This document shows, piece by piece, positions 1-14,584 of a stretch of 64,000 nucleotides of DNA. Under the pieces are notes generated by a model. That model worked only from the letters and a program-made list of their open reading frames with translations. It made no database searches and was not told where the DNA came from. The translations under genes were made by a program, and so were the position numbers. How positions within the stretch are numbered: position 1 is the first letter of the stretch; every line of letters begins with the position of its first letter. Location: assembly GCA_964016885.1 (NCBI GenBank), contig OZ024747.1, positions 8,494,001 through 8,558,000 on the forward strand. The letters run 5' to 3'. This DNA comes from Eledone cirrhosa (Eukaryota).

Positions 1-629
1 TGTCATATAATTTGGTGTGGGTGAGTGTGACCCGGGTAGTGTAAAAGGCTGGCTTAGTAATTTTTTTAGTTGTGATCAGAGCAAGAAATGTCAAAGACCC
101 GGTTTGTCAGTTTACTAAATTGGAAGTTGAAAATATTTATATGTAAGATATGATATAATATATATAATATATGATATATGTAAGATATGATATAATATAT
201 ATAATATACATGAGTCTATAATGCAATACTATACCAAGCCAGCAAACCCTGCTTTAAAGTTATGACTTTGTAGTCCAATCTCATGCCAAGCCAGCTATTA
301 TACCTCTGTACATTTATCAAAGATGATGGATGAATATCAGGCATAAACATGATGATAGTTGTGGTCTTAAAACTTGTATTAAAATAACTATTTTCAGTTT
401 CTGTTAGAATTATATGACTTCTATATTGATTTCTTCTGTTGGCAGAAGACCAACGTAGAGATCTAGGCAATTGAATTGGCTTTAGTACATTATTGGTACT
501 CCAAAAAAGACTTGAACTCTAAAGGATTGTAAGCAAAGTTAACCTTAGAAGTACTGAAACTCAGAATGTAGACATATGAAACCTAAATATTATTGTATTG
601 TAGTAATTCCAGTACAGTACAGTTTTAAA

Positions 630-2440
630 CACTACACCACACAACACTACACTACACCACACAACATTACACTACACCACACAACATTACACTACACCAC
701 ACAACATTACACTACATTACACTACACTACATTACACCACACAACATTACACTACACCATACTACACCACACAACATTACACTACACCACACTACACCAC
801 ACTACACCACACTACATTACACCACACAACATTACACTACACCACACAACATTACACTACACCACACAAAATTACACCACACTACACTAGACCACACAAC
901 ATTACACTACACCACACAACATTACACTACACCACACTACACCACACTACACCACACTACACCACACTACACCACACTACATTACACCACACAACATTAC
1001 ACTACACCACACAACATTACACTACACCACACAACATTACACCACACTACACTAGACCACACAACATTACACTACACCACACAACATTACACTACACCAC
1101 ACTACATTACACCACACTACACCACACAACATTACACCACACTACATTACACCACACTACATTACACCATACTACATTACACCACACTACATTACATTAC
1201 ACCACACTACACCACACCACACCACACTACACTACACCACACTACACTACACCACACTACACTAGACCACACAACATTACACTACACCACACTACAGTAC
1301 ACTACACAACTCTATACTACATTAGAACACACTACATTACACCACACTACACCACACAACATTACACCACACTACATTACACCACACCACACTACACCAC
1401 ACCACACCACACCACACTACACTACATTACACCACACTACACTACACCACAGTACACCACAGTACACTACACCACACTACACCACACTACACTACATTAC
1501 ACCACACTACACTACACCACACTACACTACACCACACTACATTACACCACACAACATTACACCACACTACACTACACTACACCACACTACACTACACCAC
1601 ACTACATTACACTACACCACACTACACTACACTACACCACACTACACCACACTACACCACACTACACCACACTACACGACACTACACTACACCACACTAC
1701 ACTACACCACACTACATTACACCACACTACACTAGACCACACAACATTACACTACACCACACTACACAACACTACACCACACAACACTACACTACACAAC
1801 ACTACACTACACCACACTACACCACACTACATTAGACCACACAACACTACACCACACCACACCACAGTACACCACACCACACTACAGTACACTACACAAC
1901 TCTATACTACACCACACTACATTACACCACACCACACTACACCACACAACATTACACAACACCACAGTACACCACACTACACCACACTACAGTACACTAC
2001 ACAACTCTATACTACACCACACTACTACACCACACTACATTACACCACACTACACTAGACCACACAACATTACACTACACCACACCACAGTACACCACAC
2101 TACAGTACACTACACAACTCTATACTACACCATACTACATTACACCACACTACACTACACCACACTACACTACACCACACAACATTACACTACACCACAC
2201 TACACTACACCACACTACAGTACACTACACAACTCTATACTACACCACACAACATTACACTACACCACACTACACTACACCACACTACAGTACACTACAC
2301 AACTCTATACTACACCACACTACACTACACCACACTACACTACACCACACTACACTACACCACACAACATTACACTTCACCACACTACACTACACCACAC
2401 TACAGTACACTACACAACTCTATACTACACCACACTACAT
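630..2440. repeat. Pentanucleotide satellite (CACTA/CACCA/CATTA/CACAA)n
   Basis: Direct inspection. Confidence 0.95.
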
Positions 2441-2643
2441 ACATACAATTTAGCAGTTGCACTGAAATAGTGTGATTTATAGTAGAGGTATATATGAAAG
2501 CATATATATATTGCATTGATTTCACATACACACATATATATGCATATATAGTAGCAGTGACTTCTTCAAGTTACAACCCAGTGGGATTAAATCTGAGACC
2601 AGATGTTACTGAAACAAACTTCTTAACCATACAGCCATGACTG

Positions 2644-2717
<74 letters not shown>

Positions 2718-2719
2718 CT

Positions 2720-3441
2720 CAGTATATGATTTCTCAAGATGTGCTAACAGAAAAGGTGGACTTTATATGTAGCAGATGCACGGGGTACATTAATATTAAG
2801 ATCACCCGTGAAATAAGCATTTTTCAACCCAGGGATGATTCTATACAAGTAGTTGATAGCCTCTGTTACCTAGGTGACCTAATTAGTTGAGGAGGAGGCT
2901 GCTCAAAAAACATAGTAGCTAGAATAAGAACATGGTGGAAAAAAGTTCAAAGAGCTACCACCTTTGTTAACAACAAAGATGTTCTCTCTTTCGCTCTCTG
3001 GGTGAATGGTAGATTGTATGATGCCTGCATGAAAAGTATAATGTTGCATGGCAGTGAAACATTTAGAGTGAATGATGTACAAAAGCTGGAGAGAAATGAA
3101 TTGAGCATGCTCCAATGGATACGTAATGTTAATGTGCACAAACCATGAAGCATGGATGAGCTGAGAAAAAAACATTTAAACATAAAAAGAATCAGATGCT
3201 GTGTGCAGGTGAGAAGATTGCACAGGTATGGGCATGTGATATGAAGAAGTGCCAAGAGTTCTAAGTGGAAGGAAGTTGTGGAAGAGGAAGACCAAAGAAG
3301 GTATGGGCAGGGGTTATAAAAGCTGGTCTCAAGAAAGTACATCTCACAAAAGAAAGAAAGAAATAGAGAGATGCTGTAGTAGAAAGGTCTCATCTTACTT
3401 ACCCAAGCACGAATAGATGGACATTAAAACGATGATGATGA
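2720..3441 (+). mobile_element. RTE-clade LINE 3' remnant
   Basis: Degenerate VVDSLCYLGDLIS*GGGCSKNIVARIR, GRLYDACMKSIMLHGSET and RYGHV motifs; ends in a gatgatgatg tail. Confidence 0.8.
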
Positions 3442-3719
3442 TTTCTTTAATATTATTAATATTTCTGAGCCAAAAGGATTATTCATCAGGAAGCTTATCA
3501 TTAGGCATTTTTTTTATGTATGTATTATATATTTTTAGATGTGTAAGAAAGCAAGGAACTTAATACCATGATCTGGTAAAGAAGAGATTAGAAGATTACT
3601 ACGTTTGGTTAAGTCTCAGTTAGCCTTTTGAAATGGTCACCAAATTAGATATCTCTACTGGTTCATTTTAATTGGTTAGCAGGATTTTATTCTTATGTAG
3701 GAGCATTGGTTTAGATGTA

Positions 3720-4002
3720 CAGGAGAGGGGGGAACGAGAGGGGGGAACAGGGGGGGGGGGGGGTTAGAGGGGGCGAGAGGGGGGACTGGGAGGCGGGAAC
3801 GAGAGGGGGGACTGGGAGGGGGGAATGAGAGAGGGGACTGGGAGGGAGGACTGGGAAGGGGGAATGAGAGGGGGGAACAAGAGGGGGAAATGAGAGGGGG
3901 GAACGAGAGGGTGGACTGGGAGGGTGGACTGGGAGGGGGGGAACGAGAGGGGGGAACAAGAGGGGGGAACAAGAGGGTGGAACGAGAGGGGGTAATGAGA
4001 GG
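3720..4002. repeat. G-rich 12-13-bp minisatellite (gggaacgagagg / gggactgggagg), G-quadruplex-prone
   Basis: Direct inspection. Confidence 0.85.
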
Positions 4003-4200
4003 GTGACCAGTCTCTGAGATCCTGAAATGGGACATGAACATTCCCCCTATGCCCTCCCCTTGCCTGAAACAGTAGGAATGGTATCCAGCTATAGAAACTA
4101 TAGAAGCCATAAGGGTAGTGTCAAGTGGCTGCCACCATAACTGCCAGTCCAACACTTGCTGGCATGGGTCGCACATTCGAAAGGATGATGAGGATCATCC

Positions 4201-5550
4201 ATGTGTGTGTGGATGTATGTATATGTGTATGTATATATGTATGTATATATGTATGTGTATGTATATGCGTATGTATATGTGTATATGTATGTGTATGTAT
4301 ATGTATATGTGTATATGTATGTGTATGTATATGTATATGTGTATGTGTATGTACATATGTGTATGTATATATGTATATGTGTATATGTATGTGTATGTAT
4401 ATGTATATGTGTATGTACATATGTGTATGTATATATGTGTATGTGTAAGTATGTGTATGCATGTGTATGTATATATGTATGTATGTGTGTATGTATATAT
4501 GTGTATGTATATATGTGTATGTATATATGTGTATGTATATGTGTATGTGTAAGTATATGTCTATGTGTAAGTATGTGTATGTGTATGTATATATGTATGT
4601 GTATGTATATATGTATGTGTATGTATATATGTATGTATATATGTATGTGTATGTATATGTATATGTGTATGTATATGTATATGTGAATATGTATGTGTAT
4701 GTATATGTATATGTGTATATGTATGTGTATGTATATGTATATGTGTATGTGTATGTGTATGTATATGTGTATGTATATATGTGTATGTGTAAGTATGTGT
4801 ATGTGTAAGTATATGTCTATGTGTAAGTATGTGTATGTATATGTGTATGTGTATGTATATGTATATGTGTATATGTATGTATATGTGTATGTATATGTGT
4901 ATATGTATGTGTATGTATATGTGTATGTATATATGTGTATGTATATGTGTAAGTATATGTCTATGTGTAAGTATGTGTATGTATATGTGTATGTATATAT
5001 GTATGTGTATGTATATGTATATGTGTATATGTATGTATATGTATATGTATATGTGTATATGTATGTGTATGTATATGTGTATGTGTAAGCATATGTCTAT
5101 GTGTATGTATGTGTATGTATATATGTATGTGTATGTATATGTATATGTGTGTGTATGTATATGTATATGTATATGTGAATATGTATGTGTATGTTTATGT
5201 ATATGTGTATATGTATGTGTATGTATATGTATATGTGTATGTATATGTGTATGTGTATGTATATGTGTATGTATATGTGTATGTATATATGTGTATGTGT
5301 AAGTATGTGTATGTGTAAGTATGTGTATGTATATGTGTATGTATATATGTATGTGTATGTATATGTATATGTGTATATGTATGTATATGTATATGTATGT
5401 GTATGTATATGTGTATGTATATATGTGTATGTATATGTGTATGTGTAAGTATGTGTATGTATATGTGTATGTGTAAGTATATGTCTATGTGTAAGTATGT
5501 GTATGTGTATGTGTATGTATGTATATGTGTATGTGTATGTATATATGTAT
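4201..5550. repeat. (TATG/TATGTG)n microsatellite
   Basis: Direct inspection. Confidence 0.95.
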
Positions 5551-5599
5551 AAGCTCATGGAACAGCTGGAGCTAAGGTGGTCTTTGCAACATATCTAGG

Positions 5600-5950
5600 G
5601 TCAAATATTTGAAATTACTTAACCGGGTGGTTTCTTCAATGATATATTAGTCAAGATGTTAAAGGATACTGCAGGGTGCTGTATTATGTGCAGTCTCTCA
5701 TAGAGGCACAGCTGGCATTTATAGGCTTCAGGTAAGTAAGGAAAAGCCTTATCAAAGATGCTCCATTTATTTCTTTGATCCTAGAGCCTCCAGATGAAAT
5801 GGGACAGAGAGGGGAAATTTTCCCTGCTCCTGGACCTATAGGGATACATATGGTGACTGGACATTTATTTAAAGTCATCTGGTGGGGTGAGGATGGCTCT
5901 ATAGAGAGATGGTCTTTGAGGGATAACACTGCTTCAGTGAGGTGGGGGTC
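5600..5950 (-). mobile_element. Penelope-like element GIY-YIG endonuclease C-terminal remnant (pseudogenised)
   Basis: One minus frame reads LYRAILT..DFK*MSSHH..RSRENFPSLSHFIWRL*DQRNKWSIFDKAFPYLPEAYKCQLCLYERLHII, matching the PLE pattern FKxRxxxH..LSxxIWxL..WSI..CxLCLxEK; two in-frame stops. Confidence 0.7.
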
Positions 5951-6039
5951 TGTGTAGGTATGTGTTCTCTTCAGATGAGGTGGGAGAGTGTGTGGAAGAA
6001 AGAAGAATTAATGTGTCTGAAAGAAGGGAGATGTATGTG

Positions 6040-7248
6040 GAAAATAAGTATGTGTGTGAAAGAAGGAATATGTGTGTGTTTGTGAGTGTGTGTGTGTGTG
6101 TGGAAGAAGGAAGTGTGTGAGTATGTGTGTGTAAGAAGGAAGATGTGTGTGTGTGTGTAAGAAGGAAGTGTGTATGTGTGTGTAAGAAGGGAGGTGTGTG
6201 TATGTAAGAAAGAAGTGTGTGTGTGTGTGTGTAAGAAGGAAGATGTATGTGTGTGTAAGAAGGAAGATGTATGAGTGTGTGTAAGAAGGAAGATGTATGA
6301 GTGTGTGTAAGAAGGAAGATGTATGCGTGTGTGTAAGAAGGAAGATGTATGTGTGTGTGTAAGAAGGAAGATGTATGTGTGTGTGTAAGAAGGAAGATGT
6401 ATGCGTGTGTGTAAGAAGGAAGATGTATGTGTGTGTGTAAGAAGGAAGATGTATGTGTGTGTGTAAGAAGGAAGATGTATGTGTGAGTGTAAGAAGGAAG
6501 TGTGTGTGTGTAAGAAGGAAGTGTGTGTGTGTGTAAGAAGGAAGATGTATGTGTGTGTGTAAGAAGGAAGTGTGTGTGTGTAAGAAGGAAGATGTATGTG
6601 TGAGTGTAAGAAGGAAGTGTGTGTGTGTGTAAGAAGGAAGATGTATGTGTGTGTAAGAAGGAAGATGTATGTGTGTGTGTAAGAAGGAAGTGTGTGTGTG
6701 TAAGAAGGAAGATGTATGTGTGTGTAAGAAGGAAGTGTGTGTGTGTAAGAAGGAAGATGTATGTGTGAGTGTAAGAAGGAAGTGTGTGTGTAAGAAGGAA
6801 GATGTATGTGTGTGTGTAAGAAGGAAATGTATGTGTGTAAGAAGGAAGTGTGTGTGTGTAAGAAGGAAGATGTATGTGTGTGTGTAAGAAGGAAATGTAT
6901 GTGTGTAAGAAGGAAGTGTGTGTGTGTAAGAAGGAAGATGTATGTGTGTGTGTAAGAAGGAAATGTATGTGTGTAAGAAGGAAGTGTGTGTGTGTAAGAA
7001 GGAAGATGTATGTGTGTGTGTAAGAAGGAAATGTATGTGTGTAAGAAGGAAGTGTGTGTGTGTAAGAAGGAAGATGTATGTGTGTGTGTAAGAAGGAAAT
7101 GTATGTGTGTAAGAAGGAAGTGTGTGTGTGTAAGAAGGAAGATGTATGTGTGTGTGTAAGAAGGAAATGTATGTGTGTAAGAAGGAAGTGTGTGTGTGTG
7201 TAAGAAGGAAGATGTATGTGTGTGTGTAAGAAGGAAGTGTGTGTGAGT
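6040..7248. repeat. ~22-28-bp minisatellite gtaagaaggaa(gat)gt(at)(gt)n
   Basis: Direct inspection. Confidence 0.95.
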
Positions 7249-7456
7249 GAAATAATTGCTGAACTGAAGGAAAATGTCAAATGTTGAAGGAATTGGAGAG
7301 AATATTGAGGGGGGGGGGAGAATGAATGAAAGACCTGGGGTGGGGTGGGATGGGGTGGGGTGGGGGAGATTTGCTGCAAAATGGTGAGTGGGGGTGGTGT
7401 GTACAGGGGTTATATAGAGAGGGATAAATGGGGTAGAGGGAAAGGTAAAGTTGATA

Positions 7457-8706
7457 GGGGTGGTGGTGGTGGTGGTGGTGGTGGTGGTGGAGGCTGTGGT
7501 GGTGGTGGTGGTGGCAGTGGTGGTGGTGATGGAGGCTGTGGTGGTGGTGGTGGTGGCAGTGGTGGTGGTGATGGAGGCTTGGGTGGTGGTGATGGTGGCA
7601 GTGGTGGTGGTGGCTATGGTGGTGGTGGTGGTGGTGGCAGTGGTGGTGGTGGCAGTGGTGGCGGTGATGGTGGTGGTGGTAGCAGTGGTGGTGGTGGTGG
7701 CGGCAGTGATGGCGGTGATGGTGGTGGTTGTAGCAGTGGTGGTGGTGGTAGCAGTGGTGGTGGTGGTGGTGATGGCTATGGTGGTGGTGGTGGCAGTGGT
7801 GGTGGTGGCAGTGGTGGTGGTGGTGATGGAGGCTGTGGTGGTGGTGGTGGTGATGGAGGCTGTGGTGGTGGTGGCAGTGGTGGTGGTGATGGTGGTGGTG
7901 GTGGCAGTGGTGGTGGTGATGGTGGTGGTGGAGGCTGTGGTGGTGGTGGTGATGATGGAGGCTGTGGTTGAGGCTGTGGTGGTGGTGGTGGTGGTGATGG
8001 AGGCTGTGGTGGTGGTGGTGGTGGTGATGGAGGCTGTGGTGGTGGTGGCAGTGGTGGTGGTGATGGTGGTGGTGGAGGCTGTGGTGGTGGTGGTGGTGAT
8101 GGAGGCTGTGGTTGAGGCTGTGGTGGTGGTGGTGGTGGTGATGGAGGCTGTGGTGGTGGTGGTGGTGGTGATGGAGGCTGTGGTGGTGGTGGTGGTGGTG
8201 GTGGTGATGGAGGCTGTGATGGTGGTGATGGTGGTGGTGGTGGTGGAGGCTGTGGTGGTGATGGAGGCTGTGGTGGTGGTGGTGGTGGTGGTGGTGGTGG
8301 AGGCTGTGGTGGTGGTGGTGGTGGTGGTGGTGGAGGCTGTGGTGGTGGTGGTGGTGGTGGTGGTGGAGGCTGTGGTGGTGGTGGTGGTGGAGGCTGTGGT
8401 GGTGGTGGGATGAGGGATTACAATAGACCTAAAAGTGTAATCCTTCAGTGTTGTTTAAAGGACAGAAGAATTTGGTTAGAAATCAATTGGTGTTGGGGGG
8501 GGGGGGGGGTAATATAGTGGTGGTGGTGGTGGTGGTAATGGTGGTGGTAGGAAGGTAATGGTGGTGGTGTTGGGAGGGAAATGGTGGTGGTGGTGGTTGT
8601 AGTGGTGGTGGTAGTAATGGTGGTGGTGGTGGTTGTAGTGGTGGTGGTAGTAATGGTGGTGGTGGTGGTTGTAGTGGTGGTGGTAGTAATGGTGGTGGTG
8701 GTGGTG
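7457..8706. repeat. Compound (GGT)n trinucleotide arrays
   Basis: Direct inspection; source of the poly-Gly and poly-Val pseudo-ORFs. Confidence 0.95.
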
Positions 8707-9395
8707 GGAGGGCAATGGTGGCGGCGGGGATGATGATGAGAAGGAGAAGGTGGGAAAGAGAGGAAGAGAGAGAGAGAGAGAGGAAGAAGTAAGAGAGAAA
8801 AGGGGAAAGGATGGAGGGAAGGAAGAAGTGAGAGAGAGATAGTGGTGGGGTGGGGGTGTCAGTGAGAAATAGGTGAAGAAGAAAAGAGAGAAAAGGGATT
8901 GAAAGAAAACAGAGAGAAGGGAGGGGTGGAAAGTAGGTGAAGAAGGAGGAGGAGAAGGAGAAAAGGGGAGAGAGAAGAGTCAGACAGAAAGAGAGAGTAA
9001 TGGGGGGGAATAGGAGTAGGAGGAGGAGAAAAGGGGAGAGAGAAGAGACACAGAAAGAGAGAGTAATGGGGGGGATAGGAGGAGGAGAGGGAGTGTATGT
9101 GAAAAATGAATGAAAGCCAGAAGATAGCAAATGTTATTGTAGGAGCTGCATTGCTACAAACAGACAGACAGACACTTATAGTAGTGGGGGGGGTAAGGGG
9201 GTAGTGTGGTGGGGGGTTGGGGGGGTAGTGGGATAGTGGGGGATAGTGGGGGGTAGTGGGATGGGGGGTAGCATGGTAGCGGGGATAGTGGGGGGAGGGG
9301 ATAGGGGGGTAGTGTGGTGGTGGGATAGTGGGGGGGAGAGAAAGATAGAGAGAAAAAAGAAATGAAGTAACAAATAGATAAATAGGTAACTAAAT

Positions 9396-9535
9396 AATAT
9401 ATATATGTATATTATCTAGTTACATATATATATATATAGAGACATACATATATATATGTATATGTATATGTATATGTATATACATATATATATGTTTGTA
9501 TATGTATATATATATAGAGAGAGACATATATATAG

Positions 9536-9566
<31 letters not shown>

Positions 9567-9577
9567 GACACATACAT

Positions 9578-9630
<53 letters not shown>

Positions 9631-9771
9631 TATATATAGATAGATAAATAGATAGATCGAGATATGTAAATGGTTAGACAGATAGATAAAGGGTGAGATG
9701 GAGAGAGAGAGAGAGAGAGAAAGACTGTATATGTGCATGTGTGTGTGTGTATGTGCGTGTGTGTGTATTTG

Positions 9772-9812
<41 letters not shown>

Positions 9813-10226
9813 TTTATTTTCAAGGTCATTGAATAAACTACACTTCAGCTGCCAACTTGCAAAAAAGAAAGTTTACCATGTGCAGCAGCTGCAATGTTAT
9901 GCACAGGTTGTATATAACCCTATCATTTGTAGATATATCTGTGAAATGTCTGATGTTATATAGATAGAGAGAGAGAGAGAGAGAGGGGTAGAGAGAGGGA
10001 GAGATGCAGGCAGAGAGGGGGGGGGTATATAGATTGACAGAGAGGTGCAGGCAGATAGATATATATATAGAGAGAGAGAGGTGCAGGCAGATATATAGAT
10101 ATATATATAGAGAGAGAGAGAGAGGTGCAGGGAGAGATGCAGAGAGAGGTGCAGGCAGAGAGAGAGGTGCAGGGAGAGAGAGAGAGAGAGGGGAAGATAG
10201 ATAGACAGAGAGGTGCAGGCAGATAG

Positions 10227-10262
<36 letters not shown>

Positions 10263-10473
10263 GTGCAGGGAGAGATGCAGGCAGAGAGAGAGACGTATAG
10301 GGAGAGAGAAAGGAGGGGGGTAGATAGATAGACAGAGAGGTGCAGGCAGATAGATATATATATAGAGAGAGAGAGGTGCAGGGAGAGATGCAGAGAGAGA
10401 TGCAGGCAGAGAGAGAGAGGTGCAGGGAGAGAGAGAGAGGGGGGAAGATAGATAGACAGAGAGGTGCAGGCAG

Positions 10474-10528
<55 letters not shown>

Positions 10529-10560
10529 TGCAGGGAGAGATGCAGGCAGAGAGAGAGATG
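9396..10560. repeat. Mixed (TA)/(GT)/(GA) microsatellites and gagaggtgcaggcaga minisatellite
   Basis: Direct inspection. Confidence 0.9.
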
Positions 10561-10671
10561 TACAATGACTACACCAACTAATGATGATGATGTTGGTGAT
10601 GATGCTGATGCAGTTTTTTATTTATTTTAGAATCAAAAATAGGATGTTAGTATTTTTTACAACTGAGTGTA

Positions 10672-11860
10672 GTGGAGAGATGAGAGAGTAGAGTAGAGTG
10701 AGTGAGAGAGGGGGATAATGGATGAGAGAGAGAGAGTAGAGTGAGTGAGAGAGGGGGATAATGGTTGAGAGAGAGAGAGTAGAGTAAGTGAGAGAGGGGG
10801 AGAATGGATGAGAGGAGTAGAGTAAGTGAGAGGGGAGAGAATGGATGAGAGAGAGAGAGTAGAGTAAGTTAGAGAGGGGGAGAATGGATGAGAGAGAGAG
10901 TAAGTGAGAGAGGGGGAGAATGGATGAGAGAGAGAGTAGAGTGAGCGAGAGAGGGGGAGAATGGAGAGAGAGAGTAGAGTGAGTGAGAGAGGGGGAGAAT
11001 GGATGAGAGAGAGAGAGTAGAGTAAGTTAGAGAGGGGGAGAATGGATGAGAGAGAGAGTAAGTGAGAGAGGGGGAGAATGGATGAGAGAGAGAGTAGAGT
11101 GAGCGAGAGAGGGGGAGAATGGATGAGAGAGAGTAGAGTGAGTGAGAGAGGGGGAGAATGGATGAGAGAGTAGAGTAAGTGAGAGAGGGGGAGAATGGAT
11201 GGGAGGGTAGAGTAAGTGAGAGAGAGGGAGAATGGTGAGAGAGAGAGTAGAGTAAGTGAGAGAGGGGGAGAATGGATGAGAGAGTGAGAGTAAAGTGAGT
11301 GAGAGGGGGAGAATGGATGAGAGAGAGTAGAGTGAGTGAGAGAGGGGGAGAATGGATGAGAGAGAGAGAGTAGAGTGAGTGAGAGAGGGGGAGAATGGAT
11401 GAGAGAGTAGAGTAAGTGAGAGAGGGGGCGAATGGATGAGAGAGAGTAGAGTGAGTGAGAGAGGGGGAGAATGGATGAGAGAGAGAGTAGAGTAAGTGAG
11501 AGAGGGGGAGAATGGATGAGAGAGTAGAGTGGGTGAGAGAGGGGGAGAATGGATGAGAGAGTAAGTGAGAGGTGGAGAATGGATGAGAGAGAGAGAGTAG
11601 AGTGAGTGAGAGAGGGGGAGAATGGATGGGAGAGAGAGTAGAGTGAGTGAGAGAGAGAGAGTAGAGTAAGTGAGAGAGGGGGAGAATGGATCAGAGAGAG
11701 AGAGTAGAGTAAGTGAGAGAGGGGATAATGGATGAGAGAGCGAGAGTAGAGTGAGAGAGGGGGAGAATGGATGAGAGAGAGTGTAGGGTGAGGGGGAGAA
11801 TGGATGAGGGAGAGGGTGAAAGGAAGAGAGAGAGAGAGAGAGGGTAAAGGGGGAGGGTAA
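10672..11860. repeat. ~40-47-bp purine-rich minisatellite gagagggggagaatggatgagagagagtagagt(g/a)agt
   Basis: Direct inspection. Confidence 0.92.
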
Positions 11861-11889
11861 TAATGTATGAAAGGAATAAAATGAAACAA

Positions 11890-13291
11890 ATAGACAGGTA
11901 GATATCTAGATAGACAGGTAGATATCTAGATAGACAGGTAGATATGTAGATAGACAGGTAGATGTGTAGATAGACAGGTAGATGTGTAGATAGACAGGTA
12001 GATATGTAGATAGACAGGTAGATGTGTAGATAGACAGGTAGGTATGTAGATAGACAGGTAGATATGTAGATAGACAGGTAGATGTGTAGATAGACAGGTA
12101 GATATGTAGATAGACAGGTAGATGTGTAGATAGACAGGTAGATGTGTAGATAGACAGGTAGATATGTAGCTAGACAGGTAGATATGTAGATAGACAGGTA
12201 GATGTGTAGATAGACAGGTAGATGTGTAGATAGACAGGTAGATGTGTAGATAGACAGGTAGATATGTAGATAGACAGGTAGATGTGTAGATAGACAGGTA
12301 GATGTGTAGATAGACAGGTAGATGTGTAGATAGACAGGTAGATGTGTAGATAGACAGGTAGATGTGTAGATAGACAGGTAGATATCTAGATAGACAGGTA
12401 GATGTGTAGATAGACAGGTAGATATGTAGATAGACAGGTAGATATGTAGATAGACAGGTAGATATGTAGATAGACAGGTAGATATGTAGATAGACAGGTA
12501 GATATGTAGATAGACAGGTAGATATGTAGATAGACAGGTAGATGTGTAGATAGACAGGTAGATATGTAGATAGACAGGTAGATGTGTAGATAGACAGGTA
12601 GATGTGTAGATAGACAGGTAGATGTGTAGATAGACAGGTAGATATGTAGATAGACAGGTAGATGTGTAGATAGACAGGTAGATATGTAGATAGACAGGTA
12701 GATATGTAGATAGACAGGTAGATGTGTAGATAGACAGGTAGATATGTAGAAAGACAGGTAGATATGTAGATAGACAGGTAGATGTGTAGATAGACAGGTA
12801 GATATGTAGATAGACAGGTAGATGTGTAGATAGACAGGTAGATATGTAGATAGACAGGTAGATATCTAGATAGACAGGTAGATGTGTAGATAGACAGGTA
12901 GATGTGTAGATAGACAGGTAGATATCTAGATAGACAGGTAGATGTGTAGATAGACAGGTAGATATGTAGAAAGACAGGTAGATATCTAGATAGACAGGTA
13001 GATGTGTAGATAGACAGGTAGATATGTAGATAGACAGGTAGATATGTAGATAGACAGGTAGATATCTAGATAGACAGGTAGATATCTAGATAGACAGGTA
13101 GATATGTAGATAGACAGGTAGATAAGTAGATAGACAGGTAGGTGTGTAGATAGACAGGTAGATATGTAGATAGACAGGTAGATATGTAGATAGACAGTAG
13201 ATATGTAGATAGACAGGTAAATATGTAGATAGACAGGTAGATATGTAGATAGACAGGTAGATATCTAGATAGACAGGTAGATAAGTAGATA
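11890..13291. repeat. 20-bp satellite tagatagacaggtagat(a/g)tg, about 70 copies
   Basis: Exact 20-bp period visible in the column alignment. Confidence 0.97.
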
Positions 13292-13299
13292 TATTAAGT

Positions 13300-14341
13300 C
13301 ACCACTGTGTCAATCAGTGACACACCACATGGAGTGCTGGAGCCTCCCTCGAATACTTTTGAGGTAAGCCAACACACTAGCAGCATTACCACAGGTGATA
13401 GTGAAGCTATGGTGCTGGAGCAACCAACTGTCCTTACAGGCATTACCTGATATCTTGGTATGGTGAGCCACCAATATTGGTAAGAAGTTCATTGACAGTG
13501 GCCCAGCTCCTGCAAGCATCTCGAATGCCACAGGCTGGAAGAAATAGTTTGTCAATAATTCACAGTATTTTAGAATTTTATTTCATTCAGCTATGGAAGC
13601 AGCAACCCTCACTTTTACTGCAGCATCCTGATATGGGAAGGAGCAAAAGAATCACTGACTATGGTGCCCTAATTGGGACATCTAACCAGGAACAAAGGAT
13701 AAGACCATCTAATCCCTTCCCGTCAACTCTGGACAATCCAGTTTGCTCCAGAATTGAGAGGATATTTACTCGAGCTGGGCCCACTTAATAATTAAGTTTA
13801 GCTTAGTATGGTGAGCGAAACAACCAGCATTCAGGCAGCAGGACAAACCATGGAGGCCTGTTGATTCAAGGACCTACCACAGCTACATTTCAGTCCCCTA
13901 CAGACATCAGCTTTCACTCTGAATGCAAACGAGATGCAGAGCTCATCCAGACTGAGTAGGCAATCAATGTTGGCTACAGGTAAGGCAATCAATGTTGGCT
14001 ACAGGTAAGGTGTCAACTTAGTCCCGAGAATTTTGTGCTCATGGAGAAGGAATCAGATCGGTCCAGGTGAGAGTTGAAGGGGTCTCTCAAATACAGATTA
14101 TCCCAACCTCTCAGCTTCAGTCTATCCTCCTTTATATCAGGAACTGACAAACCCAGCTCCTTCCATTGTTGTAGAACTTCATCCATCTCCCTGCTGGAAC
14201 TAGTCCATGTTGGAAAGGAGAGGGTGTTACCTACCAAAGAGTGGATGGAGGAAAGAAAGCAAGGAAGGGACAAAGACAAGCATTTACACAGTCCTAAACC
14301 CCCAAATAATTTGGGCAACACAGCCTGGTCATGAATCACAC

Positions 14342-14381
<40 letters not shown>

Positions 14382-14550
14382 CAAAGAGGGTATGGTAAGA
14401 TACCAGGTGAACCATAACGCACCAGAGTACTCAATACTTAGGGTAGTAGAGTGGGTAATAGGAAAAGAGTCAGGACCCCGACAGCTGAGCTCAGGCCGTT
14501 TCAACAGCTAGATCCGAACTAAGCCACCAGTATTAGAACAGCGGCAATCT
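13300..14550 (-). mobile_element. CRE-like (restriction-like endonuclease) non-LTR retrotransposon remnant with internal (TA)n
   Basis: WYLT (RT WYLDD-like), QAVLPKLFGGLGL...LSLPCFLSS and C-terminal FQPVAFEMLAGAGP...CGNAASVLAYL motifs in ORF fragments 14013-14504 and 13310-13555. Confidence 0.8.
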
Positions 14551-14551
14551 A

Positions 14552-14584
<33 letters not shown>

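Noticed and set aside
7345-8413. Gly-rich and Val-rich ORFs resembling structural proteins
   Set aside because: They derive from a (GGT)n microsatellite, with a frameshift between segments and no signal peptide or splice context.
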